This document shows positions 24,863 to 36,462 of a DNA stretch of 64,000 bases, in pieces. The position numbers and the translations under genes are program-made. The notes beneath the pieces were generated by a model, which searched no databases, had not been told where the DNA came from, and saw only the letters and a list, made by a program, of their open reading frames with translations. This DNA is from Vitrella brassicaformis CCMP3155 (Eukaryota; Protista; Chromerida). Each line of letters starts with the position of its first letter. Within the stretch, counting starts at the first letter, position 1. The stretch is taken from the NCBI GenBank assembly GCA_001179505.1, contig CDMY01000908.1:1-64000 (forward strand), read 5' to 3'.

Positions 24863-25999
24863 ATGAACACTCAAGGCCTTCTGTGCCTGCTTGGCGCCCT
24901 CCTGCTGGCTGCTGCTGTGTGCGCTGAGCCCTCGTCGAATACCAATGGGGCCACCGCATCAATTGCTGCCGCCGACGAAGAGAGCGAGAGGGTGAGCGGC
25001 CTGTTGCGAGGGCTCACAAGAAGTGGCAACGACACCTCAGGTGAGCGAGAGCAGATCATGAAGCTTTTCTCCTTACTGCCCGCCTCTGCTCTCATCATGT
25101 GTGTGTGTGTGTGACAGGTGCGTCCGTCAGGCGCCTGGATAGGGTTTACTCCAACACCGAATACTTCTACCAGGACTACGCCAGCGTCACGTGCGACAAC
25201 GCCTACACCACGATGATGAGAAGGGCGCGCGCTGAGGCGTACGACCTGCTGCGCGTCAACTCTGCCACGTACGTCGAGGATGCGACCTCTCGGTTCTGCA
25301 GTAAGGCCAACGCCGTGGACGGCAGTAAGGCCAACGCCGTGGACGGCAGCTACAACGGGCCGCATCTCGTGGTCGAGTGCGTGTCGGGATAGCCTGAGTC
25401 GCAAATACACACGGGTGCCCGACCGGTTCCAGGTCAGAGTCAAGGGCGAATGCAAGGGGAGCAACTACAACTGCAAGACCGAAAGGGACCGATGGACCGG
25501 CGTACGAAAATCGAGGGGCAATATGAGGGTCGCCTGCGAGGTCGAGACCATCATCATTACACCTCCGCGCAGGGTAAATCAGCCGGCCAGCGAACCAGCC
25601 AGCCGCTGTCTCGTTTTGTGAATATGTCATCTCTGTGGTATGTGTGTGATGATGTAGGGTGGCGACCCGTCGCAAAGTGGTGGCAGCAACGCGATGGCGT
25701 TTGCCATGGGTCGCCCGAGTGATTGCAACGGAAGGTATCGTTGGGCTGTGTGGCGTCACCCCAGCGAGAGCGTGGCCAAAAGAAAGGCCCTTGAAAGATG
25801 CCCATGCTGCGAGATCGAATGGTCGGCCGACGGCAGCAATGGTGAGAAGTGCATCGCAATCGACACCTTCAACGACAAGCGCGGCCTCTATTGGGCTGCA
25901 AGGTCGAGCCGTTCTGCTGCCAAGAGGAAGACGTGCCAGTACCGGGACAAGCCCTCCGACTGCGACACGCACAACTTCGTCCGATGTGCTGACGACTAG
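24863..25999 (+). CDS. Secreted Cys-containing protein with C-terminal DUF4189-like domain; reading frame broken or spliced near 25370-25440
   Basis: Signal peptide MNTQGLLCLLGALLLAAAVCA. Last exon AFAMG..WAVWRHPSESVAKRKALERCPCCEIEW..KCIAID..WAARSSRSAAKRKTCQY..CDTHNFVRC follows the DUF4189 pattern (A...Al..C...C....C.A....A...a..C...C....C). The family assignment is by eye. Confidence 0.6.
25299..25346 (+). repeat. Perfect 24-bp tandem duplication within the exon (SKANAVDG x2)
   Basis: cagtaaggccaacgccgtggacgg at 25299-25322 and 25323-25346. Confidence 0.95.
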
Positions 26000-26731
26000 C
26001 ACCTATCCCATCTACTACTTACTCTGTCTGTCTGTGTGTGAGGCATGCTTGTACGTCCTCCGCACGCACACAGTTCTATTGCCTGCATCTGATGTAATCG
26101 GCGTGAGACGTACTGTGCTTGTGGGTACACGTGTGTGTGGACGTGCCCCAGCTGTGTTCGTTGTTTTTGGAAGTGTCGTGGCCGTCTGTCTGTGTGGAGG
26201 GATGGCGGCCTGCCTCTGTCTGCCCTTGTTTGTTATGTATGCTGCCTCTCTGTGTGCTTGCTGTGCGTGCGTATACATCGTACAGAGCTGATCATGCCTG
26301 GTTGCGTGCAGAGCTGTGATTCTTCCTTCCCTCACGGACAGGCGGGCATCATCAACCAGTTCTTTGATATGTCGCATGTCGAATGATGTACATACATAAG
26401 AAGATGTATGTGGTCGTGTGCGCTTGGTTGTCAGTTGTCGAGCGGTGAGGGAGGGAGGGAGGGAGGGAGGGAGACGGAAAAGACTCCAGTCAGAAACGGA
26501 CCTGCCTTGTGTGCTCTCAATGAAGTCGATGTTCAATGCACACGTTGCAGAAACCTCTGCCGGTGGTCATGTCGACCCCAGCCAGGCAGGCAGCAAGGCT
26601 GGCATGCAGGCAGGCAGGCCATCGCACCTCAAGAGGAGACAGACGATCTGTCTCACTTCACTACCTACTGTCTTTCGCCCACCTACCCCCAAAACAGCAA
26701 AGCTGCCACGCAGACCTTCTGTGTGCTCCCG

Positions 26732-27200
26732 TCAGCTCAGTTCCAGCTTGGCCTGTGCCCCTGTGACGAACAGCCTCAGAATGCTCTTGTGGTCCTCCCG
26801 CACCTTGACGCAGTTCGAGCTCGGCCCGCCCTCAAACACAGACCGCGTCAGGCCCAGACCGAAACACCCCTTGATCACCAACTTGCCACGGGCTCCATTC
26901 AGCAGCTGCACACACACTCACAAGCACACACGCATGCGTCCATTGCCCGCCCATCATGAGTGCACTGATGATCACTTGAAAGGTGGTGAGGTCCCAGAGC
27001 CAGTTGGGTAGCTGCTTCCAGCAGTACTTCCAGGTCTTTTCGTCACACAGGATGTCAGGCGGACGAGCCCCACGCGCCACGGCATCGGTGTGGAAGGCCT
27101 CCTCGGCCGACGTGTGGTTGCCATCTTCCCCCAAGAGAGTCGATGGGGGAAGCAGACAATCGCTCTCAAAGAACAAGATGATGCCCGGACGCCCTGACAT
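26732..27200 (-). CDS. Hypothetical protein, possibly a degenerate HAD-like fold; 3' extent unresolved
   Basis: ORF MSGRPGIILFFESDCLLPP..WKYCWKQLPNWLWDLTTFQ and a downstream exon LLNGARGKLVIKGCFGLG. Non-repetitive, coding-like composition. Later exons could not be fixed. Confidence 0.4.
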
Positions 27201-27534
27201 TGAAAGAAATGACCATCACGAATGGGTGGCATGGTCCGCATGGGTATGGATGAGTGCATGAAAGCCCCTTCACGTCTGGTTACCCACCGTCGCACAGCGC
27301 GGGCTGTGTTGTCTGGGCATCGCCAGCCTTCCACAGCCACAGAAGCGAGCAAAGAAGAAGCGGGAGCATAACTGTGGAAAGGGGAGAGGAACGAGAGCAA
27401 CTGGCGTTCGAGGAAGAGCGAGACTGGAAGGTCTGCTACCCCCAGTCTCGAACCCGGGGACCACAATCCCTTCAAACCCTGATGTTGAATCCCATTCCAT
27501 CTATCAGTGGCCCAGTGGGACGCCTAGAAGAGAG

Positions 27535-27821
27535 ATGGCCGCTCCACCAACACCACAGGCCATCGTGCAGCTTGTTCAGCTGGACCGGCGGGCAAGAGCG
27601 GCCCCGAACACTCTTACCAGTGATGACATCCCTGCGGCCCTGAGGGCGGCATCCATCCCTTTTCGAGTCGACACAGTGCCGCTCTTGCGCGGCTGCTACG
27701 ATAACTTCAGGCATCAGCCGCTGCGGGCCGTGATTGTTGACCTGCAGGAACGACAAGACGCCACACGCACACAATGGAGGCATAGTATTCACCTCAGATC
27801 TCATCTATGCCTGTGTGTGCC

Positions 27822-27852
<31 letters not shown>

Positions 27853-29343
27853 GTGGCTGTCTGTGCAGGGATGCGATGAGTCATTCTTGCGGTTTGTTGA
27901 GGAGTTCTCCTCTATCCTCCACGCCGAGCGGCCCCGGTGCTTTCTGGTCTTGTACGGCACGAGCGTCAGCTGCAGTGCAGCCAGGCGCTTCACAGCCTTC
28001 ACAGCGGTCCGTTACGTTCGTGTCAGTGCTGCACAGAAGCCTCGTTCCGACCAGAGATGGTTTGTCTGTGCTTCTGTCTGTTGGCTCTGACAGGGTGCAC
28101 ACATGGTCACCCACGTGTTGGATCATCTGATCAATGTGCTCGGCCAGCTGAACCGGCTCGCCACATCGTCCTTCCATCGATGGGCAGGGAGGGCAGGTTT
28201 CACCTGCCCCCTGTGCGGCGAAGACGGCTTCACAGGTGCGCTAGCCCGGACCAACACCTGCCCACTCCTCCATTCACTGATGCGTGTCTGTTGGTCAGAG
28301 TTGGGTTTGTGGGACCACATGCCGCTTTTCCACATCCATAGCGACACTCACGAGACCCATGTGTGTCCGCTATGCAGCCGCACCACACACAACATCGTCA
28401 GGCACATCGTCGAGGGCCACCCGCCGCCCGAGGACGTCAAGCGCCACTCGGTCACTCGCATGGCATTGCATGGAGAGGGGGAGGGTTGGGTGCCGGTGAG
28501 CAGCCATCCTGCGACGGTGAGCTGCTTCGCTCTAGTGGTGGTGGAGAACCCTCACACCAGGCAGTTCCTCCTGGTGCAGGAGTACGGCGGAAATGGTACG
28601 CCGAGGGCGGGTCGGGAGGGTCATCGAGTCGATGGGTCTGCGGGCATCGCATCGCCCGTGCCGTGTGTGTGCGTATGTGTAGGGTACTGGCTGCCTGGCG
28701 GTCACGTGGAGCCTGGCGAGAGCCTTCAAGCCGGCGCTATACGAGGTCGGTCGACAACACACAAGTACCACACACCGCATCGGCCGGCATGTATGTGTTC
28801 CCTCCCTCCCCCATCTGTGTGTGCAGAGACCAAGGAGGAGGGCGGTATAGACGTTGAGTTGAAGGGCGTGTTGCGTGTCGACGTGTCGCAGCACTGCGTG
28901 TCGGTCGAGCCTTCGTCCCACCGAAGGCAGCGGATGCGTGTGACGCCCGGTGGGCAAAGGGCAGACCCCGACCACACGAAGGTCAGCATGCGGCTCAAGG
29001 TCATCTTCTACGCACAGCCGAAGGACCACACACAGCAGCCCAAGACATTCCCAGACTTCGGTCAGTCAGCCAATGCCCTCAACATTCTCTCTCTCTCTCT
29101 CTCTGCGCATGTGTGTGTGTGTGTGTGTCAGAGAGTGCGGGGGCGTTGTGGATAAGCGAGGAGGAGCTGAGTGGCGATGTGCGGTTGGGCCGTCAGTCCA
29201 AGATCCCTCTGCGCGGCTCCGAGCCGTCAGAGTGGTTTCGCTATGTGTGTGAGGGCGGGCCCATCTACCCGCTCGACATAGTCAATGAGCTCGGGGAGGG
29301 CCGGCCGGCCTCCAAGCCACAAAAGGCCTTAGTGGAGAGGTAG
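27535..29343 (+). CDS. Nudix hydrolase (NUDT18-like box) with two N-terminal C2H2 zinc fingers (Di19/KCMF1-like spacing)
   Basis: CPLCGEDGFT|ELGLWDHMPLFH and CPLCSRTTHNIVRHIVEGH. Nudix box GGHVEPGESLQAGAIR|ETKEEGGI fits G-x5-E-x7-REUxEExGU. PKTFPDF|ESAGALW and stop at 29343. Confidence 0.85.
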
Positions 29344-29648
29344 AGGCATGGATGGACGGATGGATGGTTGCGTGGGACGGGGGCACGTATGTATGTGTGT
29401 GTTGGCTTTTCGAGTGGTCCTCGGGACGATCGCTGACGGCCTTTCATTGGATGAAGAAACTTCCTGTCTCATCCACACGTCAGATCCAAACCACACGATC
29501 CATCTGCGAACCATGCAGCCCCGCCTAGCCACATCGGCAGGTCTGCAGCATTCACTGTGCGTTCAGCTGGGTGCTGCACCGACCTCTCATCCAATGCAGC
29601 AGGTGAGGCTGCATGAAGGCCATCAGCCAACAGGTACACACACACACA

Positions 29649-29747
29649 AGAGTCGCCACACACACAGCACAGAGTCGCCACATTCCAAGACGCACCCACC
29701 CCAATTCCAAGACGCATCCAAGACGCAGCCCCACATTCCAAGACGCA
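29649..29747 (+). repeat. Four copies of TCCAAGACGCA plus two AGAGTCGCCACA upstream of the 29800 gene
   Basis: TCCAAGACGCA at 29684, 29706, 29717 and 29737. AGAGTCGCCACA at 29649 and 29671. Confidence 0.85.
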
Positions 29748-29799
29748 AAAGGGACAAAACAGCAGTGTTTACATACACAAACCCTGACGCGCGAGCAGA

Positions 29800-30630
29800 A
29801 TGCCTCGCTGCAGCCTCTGCGCCCTCATCTACGTGACGGTATCCGCCACCATCGTCCTCCCCGTCGCTCTCATAGGCTACTCCCGCACCCTCATCCCCGG
29901 CCACCCTCTCCATCCCACCGCCACGCACCTCCTCAGCCACCCGTTGCTCGTGCATCTGCTGCAGGCCGTCGACAACCGGCTGCCGTCGTGGTGGCGGGGT
30001 CTGCCGCAGCGCGCTTCATGGCCCTTCTTTGACGCGATGGTGCTGGGCGGCGTGGCTCTGGGGATCTATGTGGTGTGGATGGCGATTGGTGCAGGGGTGA
30101 GGGCGGTCCGGCCACAACGTAAGCAGAGCTCTGAGATGAGAAGAGAGGGAGAGAACGTTTTGTTTTGTCGTCATCATCATTGTGCGGTGGTGTGGTGTGG
30201 TGTGGTGTGCAATAATGTGGTGTGGTATGCAGCGAAGACGTATGTGCTGAACCGGGTGGTGGTGCCTGCTGGCAAGAAGTACTCGTGCAAGGACTACACC
30301 CACAAGGAGGTCATGAAGCTGCTCGGCACACCAGGTCAGACCTGTCAGAGAGGCGGGCCGGGCAAGAGAAACACACACACGCTCATCACACCGCATGTGT
30401 GTGTGGATGGGATGGGTGCGTCAGAGTACCAGGAGCATCTCAGGAAGCGGGGGACGGACCAGCGGGTGAGTGAGTGGGGGGAAGTGCCACCATACACACA
30501 CACACACTGTTGCTGTGCTGATGATGATGTGCGTGTGTGTGTGTGTGTGCGTGTGTGTGGTGTCAGAACTTCAACTGGCAGGCGCGTGTCCACGACATCG
30601 GTGGGGCCTATGTGGAGAGGATATCCTAAC
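29800..30630 (+). CDS. Orphan small membrane protein (2 hydrophobic segments, basic C-terminal region)
   Basis: Four exons join in frame: MPRCSLCALIYVTVSATIVLPVALIG..MVLGGVALGIYVVWMAIGAGV..|KTYVLNRVVVPAGKKYSCKDYTHKEVMKLLGTP|EYQEHLRKRGTDQR|NFNWQARVHDIGGAYVERIS*. Confidence 0.65.
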
Positions 30631-31179
30631 TAACGCACATCGAGGAGATGGTAGAGAGAGATATGATAGCCACACAGGCAGCCCAGACAGAGGGGGGCTG
30701 GGTATGTGTGTACACGCGGCTCTTACTGGGGTGGGTGGCGTATAGTATATGGGGTGGGGCCTGTGGTTGTTTGTTCGCCTCTCTCTCTCTCTCTCTCTCT
30801 CCCTAACTGCCTTCGTGTGCATTCCATCGGCTTTCCTTCCTCTCCCTTCCAGCCGTGTGTGTGTGTGTGTGTGTGTGTGTATACTCATGGATTGATGTGT
30901 GTGTGGATGGCTGGACGTTAACGAACGTTGGCGTGTACACATTACATTTCAATGATGACTGACTGAATGAATTCACCAAAGCATAGCGTCAACCAATGGC
31001 TGCTGCTTCCATCCATCCAGGCAGGCAGCCAATGCATTGCATAAACACACACGCGCAGGTCTCTGCCTGCCTGTCTGTCTGAGCCAAAATCTCACGCACT
31101 CGACACGACACACGATAACAATAACAACAACAGCAAGACCAAATGAGATCCCCTCCCCTCCCCAGGCCCCCTCTACACC

Positions 31180-31479
31180 NNNNNNNNNNNNNNNNNNNNN
31201 NNNNNNNNNNNNNNNNNNNNNNNNNNNNNNNNNNNNNNNNNNNNNNNNNNNNNNNNNNNNNNNNNNNNNNNNNNNNNNNNNNNNNNNNNNNNNNNNNNNN
31301 NNNNNNNNNNNNNNNNNNNNNNNNNNNNNNNNNNNNNNNNNNNNNNNNNNNNNNNNNNNNNNNNNNNNNNNNNNNNNNNNNNNNNNNNNNNNNNNNNNNN
31401 NNNNNNNNNNNNNNNNNNNNNNNNNNNNNNNNNNNNNNNNNNNNNNNNNNNNNNNNNNNNNNNNNNNNNNNNNNNNNNN
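31180..31479. other. Assembly gap (300 N)
   Basis: N run flanked by C-rich tracts. Confidence 0.99.
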
Positions 31480-32413
31480 CCCCCTCCCCCACAGACGAGC
31501 AGCTGCCTTGCCTTGTCAGGCAAGGCACGCTGTCGTGGTATCCTCTGGCAGGCCTGCTGTACACCCACACACACACCTTGCATTAACCGAAAAAACACCA
31601 ATGGGGCCGCCCGCCCGATCGGAAAAACAGCGGGCGTCTGTCTGTCTGTCTGTCCATCTCCTTGCTGCTGGCTGGCCTTGTACACCATCCCCCCAGCCAC
31701 CCACCCCCCATGTGAGCAAAAGACGATGGATAAGCTGCATTGGTCAGAAATACGACGGTATTGGACGGGCGGAGGTCTACGATGACCCACTTCCACTCCC
31801 ACACACGCACGCGCCCCTCCAAGCATCTGCGCGGCTCCACACACACTTGAACCGACAGACGGATACATGCATGTGTGTGAGTGACCCAATCCACCCCAGG
31901 CCCAGGCGGACGAAGAAAAGACGACACGAGTAGCAGAGAAGGCGCCCACACTGGCTGAAGATAAGATGGGATGGTGTGTCATCAAGATCAAGCGACGAAT
32001 GGAAGGCACAAGCCGTGAAACGAACGTCACAGCAGCAGGCAGCGCACACCGTACCGTCTCTCTGTGTCTGTCTGGTGTCTGCGTCTGTTGGCTGGCATTG
32101 CCTGTGGTTAGACAGGCAAGTCCAGAGGACACACACAACAACAGCAACTAAGGGACAGTGTGCCCGCCCGGCCAGCCAATCAATGTGTGCACAGAGGGAA
32201 AGGGGAGGCAGACGAGAGGGCAGGGGAGGGCAGGGGAGGGGAGGGGGCGAGAACGGGGGCAAAGGGGAGAAGGGATGGGCAAGGGGCATGACAGGTCCAC
32301 CCGACACACACGACGACGGACACACACAAAGAGACAGACAGTGTCGCCAGCCAGCCAGCCAGCCAGCCAGCCATCAACACACTGGGAGAAGGAGGGGGGC
32401 AGGAGGGGAACGG

Positions 32414-32713
32414 NNNNNNNNNNNNNNNNNNNNNNNNNNNNNNNNNNNNNNNNNNNNNNNNNNNNNNNNNNNNNNNNNNNNNNNNNNNNNNNNNNNNNNN
32501 NNNNNNNNNNNNNNNNNNNNNNNNNNNNNNNNNNNNNNNNNNNNNNNNNNNNNNNNNNNNNNNNNNNNNNNNNNNNNNNNNNNNNNNNNNNNNNNNNNNN
32601 NNNNNNNNNNNNNNNNNNNNNNNNNNNNNNNNNNNNNNNNNNNNNNNNNNNNNNNNNNNNNNNNNNNNNNNNNNNNNNNNNNNNNNNNNNNNNNNNNNNN
32701 NNNNNNNNNNNNN
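32414..32713. other. Assembly gap (300 N)
   Basis: N run flanked by G-rich tracts. Confidence 0.99.
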
Positions 32714-32733
32714 GGGGGAGGGGAGTCTGCATG

Positions 32734-32956
32734 CTACCCGCCCCATGAGAGCTGAATAGTGTCGGCATGCGACCTGATGCGCACACACAGACACACAGAC
32801 AGACAGACAGACAGACAGAGGAAATCCTAACGATACCGTGTGCTCATGTCACATACAGCAGATCACACACTTGTTGGATCTCATGTGCTGGATGAGGAAT
32901 ATCAGGCCGATAAAGAACGCCAAGCACCCAACCACCACATACGCTATCCCTGCACA

Positions 32957-32993
<37 letters not shown>

Positions 32994-34712
32994 GGGGAGA
33001 GACGGATGCACAATGGCCATGTGGAGGGCGCACGCACTCCCCTGTCCTGTGGGTGTGTGCTCTCACCGAGGTGGACATTCCTCCCGCCCAGCCATGAGGC
33101 CGTCGCGAGCACGAAGGACTTTTTGCTGCTGCTCTGGGAGGTGTTGTAATCTGACAGACACCACACACATCCAACCGACACACATGACATGCGACCGACA
33201 CACGCCACGCCCAAGTGAAGTGCCTGTCGGGTCGGTGTGCTCTCTCACTCACTGTTGTGTATCTCGACATATATCGGCAGGGTGACTTTGGTGTCGAGCT
33301 TGCCCCACAATTTCCTGACACACACAACACACACACGGACACACACACACATACAAGGAATGGGCGTGGTCTTGTGGCGTGCTCGTCTGCCATCCATGTG
33401 TCGTGCGGTGTGTGTGTGGTTGAGGCACCTGAAGTGCGGTAGTCCAGCGGTCCTCATCCAGACGATGAAGTGTCCCGACATGATGCCGTCGGCAAACAGG
33501 TTCTTGTCCAGCCACGAGTACACGTCAAGCCCCCGCCTCTTGGCCACGTCTGACTCCTCCTGTAAGGTATGCGACCACACACCCAAACAACAGCCGCCCC
33601 TCTCTCCATCTGCGCCTTCTCAACTTACATGGTCGAATTTGATGTTTTTGAACCGCTCGACATCGGCCTTCCACGCAATGGTCTCGGCCCTGGTGTCCAC
33701 TTTCCTCGCCGCCGCCGCCACACTCACGCCCGCCCGCTCAGCCGCCTCGGCAACCGTCTCGTTGGAAAGCCACGCATTCTCCGCATACTTCTCCTCATCA
33801 TCTTCATCTTCATCTTCATCTCCTGTTGCTAGTGGCGCTGGCGACCCTTCCGACGCCGTGAGATTGTCCATCTCCTGCGTGGCGTCATACAGCCTATATG
33901 AGTCGGTGAAGACGGTGGTGGCGATGAGGCCGCAGGGGTAGAGAAGCGCGTCGCAGTTCTCAATGGGCGGGAGGGGCTGGTCGATGGTTTGGGTGGACTT
34001 GTTGAAGGTGCGGCCGTATGGGAGAGTGTAGGTGGGCTCGTCTGGGCCCTGGCCGGTGCGGTCAAGGGCGTCACAGGTATGCTTACTTCTCTCCTTTCTC
34101 CTCGTCGCGTCGTCGGTCTCCACGTCGAAGAGGTCGAAGACATTCCTCCGCGGCTCGCAGTTCTTGATCATACTCTCCTGCCCGCGCCAGTTGCCCTCCA
34201 GCTGGGCGTCGCTGCGGGACTTGACGTACTTTCGATGGTTCTGGTAGAAATCCTCCAGCTGCCACGTATAAACCACACACACAGGGAGAATTCACCAACC
34301 CGCCGATGCCGACTGGCTCATTCACTCACTGCTGACTCACCTGGTAGTAGACGTACACAGGCTCCTTGAGCTCCTCCACGCCGTTCTCTGGCTCACAGTC
34401 CTTGCTGGTCACCTTCACCCACCGATACACAGCCTCCCCACTGTACTCGTAAGGCACCACGCAGTGCACCACATCGCCACTCAGCGCCATGATGGTCGCA
34501 CCCAGGGTGATGAACAGACACCCGATGGCCACGAAGGTCACGATGACGCAGACGGGCGACATGGCGATGGAGGACGACTGCAGCCGCTCATGCAGGTAGC
34601 TGTGCTTGACGCCTGATGAGCTGTCTGGACGGGTGTGGCTGGCCGAGCCGGAGGGGTAGTATCCCGTTGGCACCGCTGCCGAGCCTTCCATCGGGACCGG
34701 GACGATATTCAT
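32734..34712 (-). CDS. CDC50: CDC50/LEM3 family subunit of P4-ATPase lipid flippases
   Basis: TM1 VIVTFVAIGCLFITLG, VYVYYQ|LEDFYQNHRKYVKSRSDAQL, YPCGLIATTVFTDSY, IAWKAD, HFIVWMRTAGLPHFR|KLWG, KKSFVLATASWLGGRNVHLG|IAYVVVG (TM2) and terminal LSW. Confidence 0.95.
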
Positions 34713-34932
34713 GATGAGGCTGCCCGTGGGAACTTATGCTGACACGGAAGAGAGATGTTTGTATGACCGACCAGGTGTGGACGTTGTCAGTGCTCTCGTT
34801 GACACATTGAGCTCCCTCAACCTGTACGAGCTCAGCTTGCAGACGACTGAGCTCGCACTGCTTGACTTGTGTAGACAGACAGAGATCGCATCCTGAAAAG
34901 GATCCCATTGATAGTGATACGTCGGCGCCGCC

Positions 34933-36462
34933 ATGCATCTTCTGGTTCTGATCTTTGTGGCCTTGCTCGCCTCCCTCCTCCCCGCATACGCCTTCCGGAC
35001 TGCCACGAGCATCAGGTTACCTACATACGCGCCGCACAGCTCATGCCTCAGACTCGCACCAGCGAGTGCAAGACACACAGTCCAAACGCATATATCTCTG
35101 TCCATGACCGTGTCTGTCCTGCAGATCATCCCTTTCCCCCTCCCCCTCCCCCCGGCGGCCGTCCCGCCGCCAGCCGCTGCAGATGGCTCCCTACGACCCC
35201 GTCATGACCAATTTCCTGACCTCTCTGCAGGTCGTCGAGGGCGTCGGCCTCCTGTCCGCCTTCCCCCTGTCAGTGGTGGCTTACCGGCAGTACGGCGAGC
35301 GGCGGGCGGCTGTCGACAAGGCCGAGGCCAGGAGGGCCACACTTGAGCAGCAGAGGAAACAAATGGAGCAGGAACGCGAGAAGGCGTACGTAAGACACCA
35401 TCCCCTTCGCCCAATTGCGCATCCATCTATCCATCCATCCATTGATCGGTTGATGTGCATTCTATTCATTCATCCATGTGTGTGTGTGTTGTGTGTGGTG
35501 CAGCAAGGCGGATCTCGAGGAGTTGCGCCGGAAGCGTGCTGCGGATGCGGATGTGCGGATCGCGAGGACGCGGAAGGAGCTGGAGCGGCAGCGGCGGAAC
35601 AAGGAGATGGCCGCCGAGGCCGCCAAGGCTGCTGAAAAGAGCGCCACAACCGACAAATCGGGAAGGTGCGCCAGCCTTGCCCAGCACAGCACAGCTTACC
35701 ACAAAGCGCACATACACATACATACATGGGAATGTGTGCATGGCATGGCATGGCATGGCATGGTGTGTGTGCAGGAAAGCCGTGTTTTTCAAAGAGGGGT
35801 CAAATGACGAAGGTGTGCTGGTGGAGCGAGGCGGCCAACCTGCTGCTGCTACTGCTGCTGCTGGTGCTGCCGATGTGCCAGCGGCCACCCCACTCTTGCA
35901 AGACACCACAGCAAATGTCGCAGCAGCAGCAGCAGCACAACCGCAGCCAGAGGCCTCCGCTTCTGAGCCAGTTGTGACGTCAGAGACCACCGCCTCTACT
36001 GAGAGCCTTGAGGACCTCCGTAAGCAACGTGCAGAGGAGAAGAAGCAGGCCGCTCTCAAGCTAATTGAGCAGAGCAAACAGAGGCAGCAACAGAGAGCTC
36101 AGGTAAATCCATCAATCTACACACGCCCCTCCCTCCCCCTCCACCACACCTACACTACAAGCCCTGTCTGTCTGTCTGTCTGTCTGTGGTGTGCTTAGGG
36201 TGAGGAGGTGACGCCAGCGTCGCAGACGCTAACTGACGCACCCAGGAAGGAATTCAAGTCACGACGGGCGGCCAGGCGGGAGGCCCAGAGGGCGGCACAC
36301 GAGGAGGGAGAGGGCGAGGGGGACGGTGAGGGTTTGGGCAGCGCTGTGGCCATCCGTGTTGGCTCGCAGAGCATCGAGGAGGCCGAGGCGGCTGAGGCGG
36401 AGAAGAGGAGAAAAATGGCGGCGGAAGAGGTAGCGGAGAAGAGGGAGCCGGTGCAGGCGTAG
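34933..36462 (+). CDS. Putative plastid-targeted single-TM coiled-coil protein
   Basis: Signal peptide MHLLVLIFVALLASLLPAYA-F, then Ser/Pro/Arg-rich RTATSIR|SSLSPSPSPRRPSRRQPLQM, a hydrophobic segment VEGVGLLSAFPLSVVAY and E/K/R/A-rich heptad stretches. Stop TAG at 36460-36462. Confidence 0.7.

Noticed and set aside
25299-25346. 24-bp direct repeat as a CRISPR-like array
   Set aside because: Only two adjacent copies with no spacer, in frame within a eukaryotic exon.
27748-27868. Possible non-canonical GA-AG intron in the Nudix gene (ctgcag|gaacga)
   Set aside because: A canonical phase-0 GT donor exists 18 nt upstream (gcc|gtgatt at 27730) and gives the same downstream frame.
30989-32794. 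Long ORFs spanning N gaps
   Set aside because: Their length comes from X runs. Flanking sequence is repeat-rich and has no domain signal.
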